Source of the DNA: Alphaproteobacteria bacterium
Lineage (GTDB): Bacteria; Pseudomonadota; Alphaproteobacteria; GCA-2731375
Reading direction: 5' to 3'
DNA: 64,000 bases
Assembly: GCA_965232515.1 (NCBI GenBank)
Contig: CBDDPY010000002.1
Coordinates: 7,104,001-7,168,000 of the forward strand
The position numbers and the translations under genes are program-made. The notes under the pieces are model-generated. The model was not told where the DNA came from. It ran no database searches and worked only from the letters and a program-made list of their open reading frames with translations. Of the stretch, positions 10,296 to 19,017 are shown in pieces (position 1 is the stretch's first letter; each line of letters starts with the position of its first letter).

Positions 10296-10402
10296 TTGAT
10301 TTCACTACGTTGGGGCGTCATTGGAAATGATGGCGGGCGTACGTTCGAACCGGATGCCCGTCGGAGCGATTCCGTCTCCAGAGACGGAGGGAGGCCCAGA
10401 TC

Positions 10403-11260
10403 ATGAGACTAGGACAAAGTGGGGTGGCGCTGTTGGGCGCCGCGATGGCGACATTGATCGCGGGATCGGCCTTCGCGCAATCCCAAACCATTAGCTCGTC
10501 CGTGAGCTTGGCGAAGACCTATGACGAAGACGTCGACGTCGATTACGACAACACAGTCGATATCGACATCGCCAAGGACATCGATGTCTCCAAGGACATG
10601 GACTACAACGGCGTGGTGAACATCACCGGCAACATCAACGTGTCGGAAGCCGCGATGTCCACCGTCGACAACAAGCAGATCATCGATGACGGCTTCGTCG
10701 ACGTGTTGGGTACGGAGTCGACGCTCAGCAACATCGCGCTGATCGACGGTACCGTGCTCGGCGGCGCCGGTGGCAATATCGGCGTCAACGTGGCGGTCGG
10801 CGACAACCTGCTGCAAGAGAATGTGGCGGTGCTGTCGGCGATTGGCACGGCAACGGCCGGTTCGGCCGACGCCGAGGTGTTCAGCGTTCAGAAGAGCATC
10901 AATAATGAGTTCGATGACTCGACCGAGGTCGAGGAGGTGTTCAACAACACGCAGCTGCTGGGCGACGTGCTCGCGGCCGCGACCGGCAACATCGGGTTGA
11001 ACGCCGCAACAGGCGCCTTCAACGGCCAGAAGAACGCTCTGGCCATCGCCGCGGTGACCGGCTCGGCGACTCTGTCGGAAGCGACAGCGGCGGTGCTGCA
11101 GGAGAGCACCTTCAACGACACCTTTCACAATGACACCGCCAATGAGGTCAAGCTGCAGGGCAACGTCGCGAACACGGCGACCGGCAATATCGGTCTCAAT
11201 CTGATCGCTGGCACCAATAACCTGCAGCAAAACACACTCGCGATTTCCTCCGTGCAGTGA
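10403..11260 (+). CDS. fapC: FapC-like major amyloid subunit, paralog 6
   Basis: RBS GGAGG, Sec signal, three Fap repeats. Confidence 0.85.
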   Translation: MRLGQSGVALLGAAMATLIAGSAFAQSQTISSSVSLAKTYDEDVDVDYDNTVDIDIAKDIDVSKDMDYNGVVNITGNINVSEAAMSTVDNKQIIDDGFVDVLGTESTLSNIALIDGTVLGGAGGNIGVNVAVGDNLLQENVAVLSAIGTATAGSADAEVFSVQKSINNEFDDSTEVEEVFNNTQLLGDVLAAATGNIGLNAATGAFNGQKNALAIAAVTGSATLSEATAAVLQESTFNDTFHNDTANEVKLQGNVANTATGNIGLNLIAGTNNLQQNTLAISSVQ

Positions 11261-11280
11261 CTGCTGGTTGACCCAACCGC

Positions 11281-11318
11281 AAGGGTTCCGGCCGCTTCGG
11301 CCGGAACCCTTTTTCTTT
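11281..11318 (+). terminator. Rho-independent terminator after fapC copy 6
   Basis: Perfect stem AAGGGTTCCGGCCG-CTT-CGGCCGGAACCCTT followed by TTTCTTT. Confidence 0.92.
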
Positions 11319-11382
11319 CATCCCTACAGGGCGGCAATGCTCTGCCCCGCGGCGTTGGCGGTCATGCCCGCGTGGCCGGATG

Positions 11383-11399
11383 TGTAACGCCAGCGGACA
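11383..11399 (+). promoter_or_regulatory. Putative UAS, copy 8
   Basis: TGTAACGCCAGCGGACA, 81 bp upstream of the promoter at 11464. Confidence 0.78.
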
Positions 11400-11463
11400 G
11401 TTGGACGACCATCGGCAAGCCGCGCGACGCCGATAGACGGTGCCGCCCCCGATCTTTGGCCAG

Positions 11464-11479
11464 TGGCATGGATTTTGCG
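11464..11479 (+). promoter_or_regulatory. Sigma-54 promoter for fapD(E)
   Basis: TGGCATGGATTTTGCG. Confidence 0.82.
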
Positions 11480-11574
11480 GACGAGTTCAACGGGAGTGAC
11501 CCGCTCGCTTGGTGGGCTGAATCCGACGCGCGCCGGCGGCCGGCCTGTCATGACGATCTGGGGCGGAGGACAGC

Positions 11575-12300
11575 ATGCCGAATTCAACGATAGCCGCGAT
11601 CGCAGCGATCGGCGTCATGTCTTGCCTTTTGTTCACGGCCGGGCCGGTATCCCAGAGCCATGCCGGCGAGATCCGGCTGGGCAGCGTCGTGCCCGGCGCT
11701 GGCGTCGTTCGCAAGAGCTTCAAGAGCATGCGCGAGCGGCGCTATACCGACATGGTGCCGCAAAAAACAGACTTCAGTTGCGGCGCCGCCTCGGTCGCGA
11801 CGATCCTGAAATACGCCTATGGCAGGGAGACGACGGAAGTCGAGGTGCTGGAGGGCATGCTCGAGATCAGCGACAGGGAGCTCGTTCTGAAGAAGGGCTT
11901 TTCGCTGCTGGAGATCAAGCGCTACGTGGAATCGCTCGGCATGCAGGGCGTCGGCTTCCGGATCGCGCCCGAAAACATGGACAAGATCAAGGTTCCGACG
12001 ATCGCCCTGATCGACATCAAGGGCTACAAGCACTTCGTGGTTTTGAAGAAGGTCAGGAACCAGAAAGCCTATGTCGCCGACCCGGCGCTCGGCAATTCGG
12101 TGATGAAGCTCGACAAGTTCGCCGAAGTCTGGAACGGCGTGGTGTTCGCCGTCGTCGCCGACGACTACGACAAGGACAACGTGCTCCTGAAGGCCAAGGA
12201 GCCATTGAGCGCCAAGCGGCTCTACGGCATGCGCGCGCCCGTCACCAACGCCAACCTGCTCGATTTCGGATTTCGCCACGCCGATCTCTTCCGCTTCTAA
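11575..12300 (+). CDS. fapD: C39-family cysteine peptidase FapD
   Basis: QKTDFSCGAAS (catalytic Cys), GYKHFVV (His), ADPALGN (Asp), signal peptide. Confidence 0.92.
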   Translation: MPNSTIAAIAAIGVMSCLLFTAGPVSQSHAGEIRLGSVVPGAGVVRKSFKSMRERRYTDMVPQKTDFSCGAASVATILKYAYGRETTEVEVLEGMLEISDRELVLKKGFSLLEIKRYVESLGMQGVGFRIAPENMDKIKVPTIALIDIKGYKHFVVLKKVRNQKAYVADPALGNSVMKLDKFAEVWNGVVFAVVADDYDKDNVLLKAKEPLSAKRLYGMRAPVTNANLLDFGFRHADLFRF

Positions 12301-12508
12301 CTAGCGACCGGCCGCCAGTGGGCGTAAGGGTCCGTCCGTACGTACTGGCACGCATTTACCGACATCCGCGTCGGGGCGACAATTTCCACAACGCTTAGGA
12401 GGTAAAGAGGACCGCTGGTGACCGGGGGGTGCCAACGTTGGTTCTTGACCTGTCTCGGCCCGGCCGCAGTGGATCTGGCGAGCCGACGCCGAGCCCGGAA
12501 TCGAGGAA

Positions 12509-13417
12509 TTGGACGTGTTCCCTCGTGGCTGTTCAGTCGCCATCCATTGCCGGCCCAATCGTCGACCGCGTTGGGTTGGTTGGGTACGAAGCGGATCCGT
12601 GCGTTGCCTGTTTCTCGGCGTCCTGCTGCTGGCGTCGCCGCTACGCGCCGCCATGCCCGACATGAGCTGGGTCGACGAGGCCGAGATCGTCTCCGACGTC
12701 GAACTCGCGGATATGCGCGGCCGTTTCTTGCAGAGCGGCGATGTGACCTATTTCGGCGTGCAGATGGTCACGACCTGGCAGACGTCGGACGGCGTGATCA
12801 TGAACACGGGCGTTGAGTGGGGCGTCGATTTGGGCGGCGGTTCGGCGGATCCGACGGTCAGCTTCTTTCAACTGTCGCCCGATGACGTTTCGTCGAGCAT
12901 CGATCCGTTGCTGGAGCGGCAGTTGCTGCAGGAAGCGATGCTGATCGTGAACGAACCGGTCCCACTGACGTCCACCGCAGGCGCCGGCGGGCTGGAAACC
13001 GCGACCGGCATTGTTCAGAGCGTCCAGGCCGCCGGCGACGGCAACGATATCGGCAACGACATCGGTTTGGCCGTGGTCGACGGCGACGCGGCGCCGTCGC
13101 TGGCATTTCCGCAAACGACCTTCGGCGCGCCGCACGATCTGACCGAAACGACGACGGTCGAGTTCGCGGCCGGCACCAAGGCGACGGCGTTCGTTGAGGA
13201 CAACGCGATCGGCATGGTCGTGTCGATCCCAGGCGCCGGCGTCGTACTGCAAGAGCTCCGCGGCGGGCAGGGCCGCGCCGCGCAGCACGCGAACATCTCC
13301 AGCAATCTAAATTTCGTGCGCAACACGATGCAGATCACGTTCGGTGTCGACGCGGCCAATCAGCCGCTTGGCACCAATGTCAGATCTGCGCTGCAGCTGC
13401 TGCCCAGCCTGAGATGA
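12509..13417 (+). CDS. fapE: FapE-like protein (start uncertain; GTG at 12599 gives a cleaner signal peptide)
   Basis: VSDVELADMRGRF...TYFGVQMVTTWQT and GIVQSVQAAGDGNDIGN. Lies after fapD. Confidence 0.8.
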   Translation: MDVFPRGCSVAIHCRPNRRPRWVGWVRSGSVRCLFLGVLLLASPLRAAMPDMSWVDEAEIVSDVELADMRGRFLQSGDVTYFGVQMVTTWQTSDGVIMNTGVEWGVDLGGGSADPTVSFFQLSPDDVSSSIDPLLERQLLQEAMLIVNEPVPLTSTAGAGGLETATGIVQSVQAAGDGNDIGNDIGLAVVDGDAAPSLAFPQTTFGAPHDLTETTTVEFAAGTKATAFVEDNAIGMVVSIPGAGVVLQELRGGQGRAAQHANISSNLNFVRNTMQITFGVDAANQPLGTNVRSALQLLPSLR

Positions 13418-13423
13418 TGGCGC

Positions 13424-13439
13424 TGGCACGGAGTTTGCG
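13424..13439 (+). promoter_or_regulatory. Sigma-54 promoter for the PG-binding gene and possibly fapF
   Basis: TGGCACGGAGTTTGCG. Confidence 0.8.
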
Positions 13440-13560
13440 TGCCGTAAGGCAGGACAGGTGGCGGCCGAGGCGCTGAATGGGCGCATGCGCGCAAGCAATC
13501 CCGGCGCCACCGGCAGATGTACGATATCGGGGGGATATCGGGTCGAGAAGGGAGGCTGAT

Positions 13561-14169
13561 ATGGGTCCAGCACGAATGTTTGCGCGGCAGGCGATGGTGC
13601 TGTTCGTCGGGGTCATCGCCGGCTGGTCGACATTGACCCAGGCGGCGGACGACAGCGGTCAGTTCGCCATCAAAGGTGTCGGATTGCTCACCTGTCAGGA
13701 CAGCGTCGCCGCGCGCGAGGCAAAGTCCGGCCTGGATATCCGCTTCCGCAGCTGGATCGATGGCTATCTGACCGCGGTCAATCGCTACGAGCCGACGACC
13801 TACGATGCGACGCCGTGGGGAACGCCCGAGATCATCGCCACCATCGTCGACAATCATTGCCGCGACAATCCGGACGAGCGTTTCGTCATTGCCGTACAGA
13901 AGCTGGTCGCCACATTGCAGGCGGACAAGCTGACGACGAGCTCGCCGTTGCTGACGGTGGCCGTGGACGGCAAGCGGGTGCTGCTCTACGAAGCCCTGCT
14001 GCAGCGCGTTCAGGAGCGGCTGGCCGAGCGGGGGCTTTATCTGGGCAATGCCGACGGTGAATTCGGCCCGATGACGCAGCAGGCCATCGCCCTCTATCAG
14101 ATCAGCGAGGGTCTGGAAGGCACCGGACTGCCCGATCCGCTGACGGTTTGGAAGCTGGTGAAGCCCTAA
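13561..14169 (+). CDS. Secreted protein with a two-Cys helical domain and a C-terminal peptidoglycan-binding domain
   Basis: RBS GGAGG before ATG 13561. VQERLAERGLYLGNADGEFGPMTQQAIALYQISEGLEGTGLPD follows the PG_binding_1 pattern. Confidence 0.85.
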   Translation: MGPARMFARQAMVLFVGVIAGWSTLTQAADDSGQFAIKGVGLLTCQDSVAAREAKSGLDIRFRSWIDGYLTAVNRYEPTTYDATPWGTPEIIATIVDNHCRDNPDERFVIAVQKLVATLQADKLTTSSPLLTVAVDGKRVLLYEALLQRVQERLAERGLYLGNADGEFGPMTQQAIALYQISEGLEGTGLPDPLTVWKLVKP

Positions 14170-14356
14170 CAGGATCGTTGGCCGGCGCCATCTCGTCCGA
14201 TGCGGGTCGTCCCCGATACCGTTGTCGTCCGGGAGGCGGTTGGCGATCATCGGCGGCGGCACTTAAACGCATGCTTGGACAAATTGATTAGCAATTGCTA
14301 TAGGAGTGACGCGACTGACTTGCAGATCAAGCGAAGAAGTCTGAGGAAGAGGGCGC

Positions 14357-15661
14357 TTGAACAAACGATCATTTGCGTTTGTCTGCACCATTGCTTTCGC
14401 CGTCCCAGCGACCAGTATTGCTCAGGACGCGCAGCGAGAGCAGGCGCTGCAAGAGCAGGTCGAACGTTTAACCCGCGTTATTCAGGTTCAACAACGGGCG
14501 CTGCTTCAGCTTGAGCAGCGGCTGCGGGCGCTCGAGCAACGGCAGCCCGCGCCTGAGACGCCGCCGCCAGCCGCGCCGCCGCAGCCGCAAGCGCAGCCCC
14601 CGGCGCCGGAGCAGCCGCCTGCCGCACCGGCGCAACCGCCGCAACCCGAACTCGCCGATCGGGCCGCCGAGGAGGGTGAGGAGGAGCCCGTTAAACGCGA
14701 GGCCGAACCCTCGCGGGCGCTGGAGACGGTCGCCGGCGAGGCGCAGGGCTTTTTCGGCGAGCGCTATACTTTCGAGCCCAGCATCACCTATTCGCGCTTC
14801 GACCGCTCCGAAATCGGGTTGAGCGGGTTCCTGGCGCTGGACGCGATCTTTCTCGGCACGATCAGCGTCGACGAGGTCGAATCGGATATCGTGACCACGG
14901 ACGCGACCTTCCGCGTCGGCATCACCAACGATCTGCAGGTCGACGTCAACGTACCGTTCGTCTATCGCCAGTCGAACTTCGTCAGCGGCGGTGTCGGCGG
15001 CTCGGCATCGGGCCGGGCCGAGAGGGAGGTCGACGCCAGCAATCTGGGCGATATCGGTTTCGGCGTGAATTATCGGCTGTTCCGCGAAACCGAGGTCTGG
15101 CCCGACATCGTCGTCAATGCCCGCGGGCGGGCGCCGACAGGGCGGGACCCGTTCGGGATCGAGCTTCGCACCGTCGAAGGCACCCAGGGCAATCTGCAGG
15201 TGCCGGAACAACTTCCCACGGGCAATGGTGTCTGGCAGGCGTCGGCCGGCCTGTCGTTTCTGAAGACCATCGACCCGGCCATCCTGTTCGCCAGCATCAA
15301 CTACTTTCACAATTTCCAGAAAGGCTTCGACGATATCGATGCCGCCGACGGCGACCAGCCGGGCGACGTGGATCTCGGCGATTCCATTCAAGCCGGCGTC
15401 GGCATGGCCTTCGCCTTGAACGAGCGGCTCAGCCTGAGCCTGAGCTATACGCACCGCATCGTCGAGGAGAGCCGGACCAAATCGGACCTGGCCGACCGCT
15501 TCACCGAGGTCGTCGGCAGCGATGCCAACGTCGGCATTTTGAACACCGGCATTACCTACGCGATCACCGACAACCTGACCTTCGTCTCGAATGTGGGCGC
15601 CGGCCTGACCGAGGATGCGGCCGACGTCGAGATCCGGGTGTCGTTCCCCTACACCTTCTAG
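14357..15661 (+). CDS. fapF: FapF-like outer-membrane beta-barrel amyloid transporter
   Basis: Signal peptide, N-terminal coiled coil, Pro/Gln linker, LSGFLALDAIFLG, PTGRDPFGI, LPTGNGVW, C-terminal FPYTF. Confidence 0.9.
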   Translation: MNKRSFAFVCTIAFAVPATSIAQDAQREQALQEQVERLTRVIQVQQRALLQLEQRLRALEQRQPAPETPPPAAPPQPQAQPPAPEQPPAAPAQPPQPELADRAAEEGEEEPVKREAEPSRALETVAGEAQGFFGERYTFEPSITYSRFDRSEIGLSGFLALDAIFLGTISVDEVESDIVTTDATFRVGITNDLQVDVNVPFVYRQSNFVSGGVGGSASGRAEREVDASNLGDIGFGVNYRLFRETEVWPDIVVNARGRAPTGRDPFGIELRTVEGTQGNLQVPEQLPTGNGVWQASAGLSFLKTIDPAILFASINYFHNFQKGFDDIDAADGDQPGDVDLGDSIQAGVGMAFALNERLSLSLSYTHRIVEESRTKSDLADRFTEVVGSDANVGILNTGITYAITDNLTFVSNVGAGLTEDAADVEIRVSFPYTF

Positions 15662-15724
15662 ACGGCGTCCCCGTTCGGACGCGGCAATCTGACCGGTACC
15701 GGTTCCGCGCGGGCGGAAGTCCGG

Positions 15725-16372
15725 TTAGTCCGTCGGGTGCTGCTTCCAGCCGTCGCCGAACGCCTGGCCGTGCAGTCCCAGCGCGATCAACAGCAATTGG
15801 GGCAGGCTGCGCGCGCCCATCTTCTCCATCACGCGCGATCGATGCACCTCGACCGTCCGGGGACTGATCTCCAGCTCCAACGCGATCTCCTTGTTGGAGC
15901 GGCCGACCACGAGATGGGCGAACACGTCGCGTTCGCGTTCGGTTAACCGGGCCAACAGTGCTTCGGCATCGACCTCCTCGACCGGCGCTGTCGTTTCGCT
16001 GCTCGATGGGTGGCGGTTGAGCACGCGCCCGATGCTGGCCAAGACGGTCCCCTGGCGGTCGTTGCCGTCCGGCTGCCGCATCGCCCCGTTGCCATCGCCG
16101 TCGTCATCCTCGAGATGATCGCGAATGAATGCCTTTACGGCGGGCGCCAGGATGCGGGGAAAGATGACCAGATCCTGGTCCAGCACATGAATGACATCGA
16201 GCAACGTATCGATCCGCGGCGTCACCTTTCCGGTCTCGATACTGGAGATATGCATTTGCGGCAGCCCGGCGCGTCGCCCGACCTCCGCCTGACTCAATCC
16301 GCATTCCAAGCGCGCTCTCTTCAACTGTCTCTGCAGGGGATGCGGTGAGCGGTTCCGGCGTCTTGTTGTCAT
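15725..16372 (-). CDS. Dual-HTH regulator with N-terminal XRE HTH and C-terminal FixJ/LuxR HTH
   Basis: GLSQAEVGRRAGLPQMHISSIETGK and LTERERDVF...SNKEIALELEISPRTVEVHRSRVMEKM. Confidence 0.8.
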   Translation of the reverse strand: MTTRRRNRSPHPLQRQLKRARLECGLSQAEVGRRAGLPQMHISSIETGKVTPRIDTLLDVIHVLDQDLVIFPRILAPAVKAFIRDHLEDDDGDGNGAMRQPDGNDRQGTVLASIGRVLNRHPSSSETTAPVEEVDAEALLARLTERERDVFAHLVVGRSNKEIALELEISPRTVEVHRSRVMEKMGARSLPQLLLIALGLHGQAFGDGWKQHPTD

Positions 16373-16846
16373 TGTATTTATCTTTTTGATCCGTCGGTAT
16401 GAGGCGACCAACGGCCTTTCCGTCCTCAGACCCCATGCGATCGCGCCAATGGCACGTATCGCTTGTCGGCTCGGGCGTCCCGTGTGCCGCTATCAATGTG
16501 CGCGGAGGTTTGCTTTTGGCCCGCCCGAACTCTTGCAGATGATACCGCGAGCCGACCCGGCTTCCGTGACCCAAATGAGGTATGTCGGAAACGTCAGCCA
16601 GGGCAGGAGGCCGATGCTGCGCAGGTGGATCCTCTCGGCGGATTGCCGACGAGACGGCGCTCTCCAGGATGCATGCTTCTTTCGCGACCGTTTCCGTGTC
16701 GAGACGAAAACTCGATGCAATCGCTCGGCGCACTACTTATAAACGCGGGTCGGGTGAATTTGCCGTGCCGCCACGCTAGCCAAGGCGGACAACCTGATTT
16801 CCGCCCGATCGATTGGGCATGAGGCGTTGTCAATGAGGAGGCCGGA

Positions 16847-17326
16847 GTGAAGGGCGACAAGAAGGTTATTCAGATACTCAACGCGGTTCTCAAGAACGAG
16901 CTCACCGCCGTCAACCAATACTTCCTTCATTCCCGCATGCTCAAGGATTGGGGCATTTCCAAGCTGGCCGACTATGAATACGAGGAGTCGGTCGACGAGA
17001 TGAAGCACGCCGATAAGCTGATCGAGCGGATCCTGTTCCTGGACGGCCTGCCGAACCTGCAGGACCTCGGCAAGCTGATGATCGGCGAGAACGTGAAGGA
17101 GATCCTGGAATGCGATCTCAAGCTTGAGCATCTGGCCATACCGGCGCTGCGTGAAGGCATAGCGCACTGTGAGAAGGTCAGCGACTATGTGTCCCGACAG
17201 TTGCTGGACGAGATCCTCAGCAATGAGGAAGAACATGTCGATTTTCTGGAAACCCAGTTTGCCATGATCGAGCGGATGGGCCTGGAGAACTACATCCAGC
17301 TACAGAGCAAACCGGCCGAGGATTGA
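16847..17326 (+). CDS. bfr: Bacterioferritin
   Basis: [40 protein letters not shown]. Confidence 0.97.
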   Translation: MKGDKKVIQILNAVLKNELTAVNQYFLHSRMLKDWGISKLADYEYEESVDEMKHADKLIERILFLDGLPNLQDLGKLMIGENVKEILECDLKLEHLAIPALREGIAHCEKVSDYVSRQLLDEILSNEEEHVDFLETQFAMIERMGLENYIQLQSKPAED

Positions 17327-17573
17327 CTGCCGGCCCCGCGTTGGAAATTTGCTCGCGTGTGGTGAGCGCGACTTAACGCGCGAGCGACCGCCTGTCGGCC
17401 CTGAGCGGGCGTTCCTTCTCGACAGCGGTCCGGATCGCGAGCCGGGGCCGCTGATGCAAATGCGCCGCGGTCGGCGCCGCGGGTTTCTGTCCCAGGAGCT
17501 GCTGAATGCGTCGGGCCACCGACAGCACGTCGAGCGGCTTAAGCGCGGGCCAGCAGTACATCGACGGCTGGCC

Positions 17574-17789
17574 TCAGCCGGCCGCTTGCGCGGCGCATAA
17601 CGCCATCGGCGCGTCGGCCTCGCCGTCGCCGTGCACGCCGTCGATCAGATCCTGGGCGACCGCGAGGCATCGGCCGCAGTTGGGGCCGTCGCCGAGCGCA
17701 TGATAGGCCTTTTTAGCGCAGCGAACGCCCGATCGCGCCACTTCCCGGATCTCGGCGTCACGGTAGCCATTACAGATACAGACGTACAT
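17574..17789 (-). CDS. bfd: Bacterioferritin-associated [2Fe-2S] ferredoxin
   Basis: MYVCICNG...CGRC. Confidence 0.92.
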   Translation of the reverse strand: MYVCICNGYRDAEIREVARSGVRCAKKAYHALGDGPNCGRCLAVAQDLIDGVHGDGEADAPMALCAAQAAG

Positions 17790-17823
17790 TCACATCTCCT
17801 ATCGCACTCTAATGTGGCAAGTG

Positions 17824-17840
17824 TGCGAATGATTGTCAAT
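17824..17840 (-). promoter_or_regulatory. Fur-like box overlapping a TTGACA -35 upstream of bfd
   Basis: Minus strand ATTGACAATCATTCGCA. Confidence 0.7.
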
Positions 17841-17886
17841 TTCAGCGTAGGTCAAAATCGTTAACGCTTTGTGTGGCGACCGGCCG

Positions 17887-19017
17887 TCATCCGGGGGTGG
17901 CTGCCGTCATGTGATTGTCCCAGCGCCCATCCTCCAGAAACGCCCCAGAAATGGTCTGCGATGACCCTGACTGCGCGTCGATCAGCGTCATGCCGCCCCG
18001 GTCGCTGCTGGCCAGGAAGGTGCCCGTGCGCGCAGCCGGGGCGATGCCGCTGCCATCGGCAACGGGCACGGCCGATAGGTGCCGGCCGCTATTCGCTTCC
18101 CAGAACGTGACGACGTTGCCGCGCGGCGCCGAGACCGCGATTACTTCGCCGCCGCTGTCGAACGCGATGCTGCCGCAATATTGGTTCATGGCGCGCAGGA
18201 TCGCCGGCGATGCTTTGAAGGGGCGCAGCGCCGCCGCACCGTGATGTATTGCAATGAGTGGCACCTGGTCGCCAGCCGGCCCCTCGTATTGCATAGCCAG
18301 GGCGACGCGGTCGTCGCGGCCGACCGCGAGGTGGCGAATGCTGAGCTGGTGCAGATCCGATGGCAGTCGGAACGTGGCCAGCATGCGGCCGTCGCGACGG
18401 TCGAGGTAAGCGAGCGACGGCGCCATGTCGGGCAAATTCAGCTTGACCCGCGGCAGGTCGGGATGTGTCAGGATTCCGCCGTTGGCGACAACCAGCGTCT
18501 CGCCGTCGCCGAGCAGACGAACCTCGTGCGGGCCGATTCCGTGCGTCGATAGCTCGCCCAGACGCCGATACCCGTGGTCGGCGTCGTAGACGCCGACGAC
18601 GCCGCGTTCGGCCTCGAAATCGTTCTCCGTCGCGTAGAGCAGCCGGCCGTCCAGGCTGAAGACGCCGTGACCATAGAAATGTCGGTCGTCAGGCGTCGTG
18701 AACATGCCCATCGCCCTACCGTTGACGATATCGACGACGAGTGCGAAGGCGCCGGGCCGGCGAGCAAAAACGACGGCGATCCGGCCGTCCGGCCGGACGG
18801 CGAACGCGTGGCCGCGCGCCGGCAGCGGCAGATCGAACACCGCATCGCCGGCAGCGCCGAAGCCGCTGATGTGGAAGCCTCCGTCGGAGTCGCCGCGCGC
18901 GCTCAGATACAGCCGCCGGCCGGTCTCGGCGCGTGACGGTCTTGGCAGTAGCGATCCGGCAAGAGCGCCGGCGAGCAGCCCCAGCGACGTCCGCCGATCA
19001 ATCGCCATCCAGCGCAT
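17887..19017 (-). CDS. DUF1513-family Tat-exported protein
   Basis: Twin-Arg signal DRRTSL, FARRPG, HFYGHGVFS, GIGPHE, WDNH. Sits in the imelysin cluster. Confidence 0.85.
   Translation of the reverse strand: MRWMAIDRRTSLGLLAGALAGSLLPRPSRAETGRRLYLSARGDSDGGFHISGFGAAGDAVFDLPLPARGHAFAVRPDGRIAVVFARRPGAFALVVDIVNGRAMGMFTTPDDRHFYGHGVFSLDGRLLYATENDFEAERGVVGVYDADHGYRRLGELSTHGIGPHEVRLLGDGETLVVANGGILTHPDLPRVKLNLPDMAPSLAYLDRRDGRMLATFRLPSDLHQLSIRHLAVGRDDRVALAMQYEGPAGDQVPLIAIHHGAAALRPFKASPAILRAMNQYCGSIAFDSGGEVIAVSAPRGNVVTFWEANSGRHLSAVPVADGSGIAPAARTGTFLASSDRGGMTLIDAQSGSSQTISGAFLEDGRWDNHMTAATPG

Larger units (their letters stand above)
5820..11260 (+). repeat. Tandem array of five diverged fapC transcription units
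   Basis: Gene starts at 5820, 6991, 8154, 9292 and 10403 (spacings 1171, 1163, 1138, 1111). Long shared DNA tracts, for example GACATCGCCAAGGA(C/T)ATCGATGTCTC. Confidence 0.95.

Noticed and set aside
2858-11230. Repeated long antisense ORFs opposite the fapC genes (for example 5523..6728, 9274..10305, 10409..11230)
   Set aside because: Shadow frames caused by high-GC codon bias. They recur only because the sense genes are paralogs.
5820-11260. Repeats as a CRISPR array, integron cassette array or assembly duplication
   Set aside because: Units are whole diverged genes with individual promoters. There are no short repeat-spacer units, attC sites, integrase or cas genes, and intergenic sequences differ.
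12346-12361. Sigma-54-like TGGCACGCATTTACCG upstream of fapE
   Set aside because: Good -24 element but the -12 GC is missing and no 17-bp motif precedes it. Possibly a decayed promoter.
12418-12816. ORF preceded by AGGAGG at about 12397
   Set aside because: The RBS is too far from the GTG, the product is Arg-rich and not protein-like, and it overlaps fapE in another frame.
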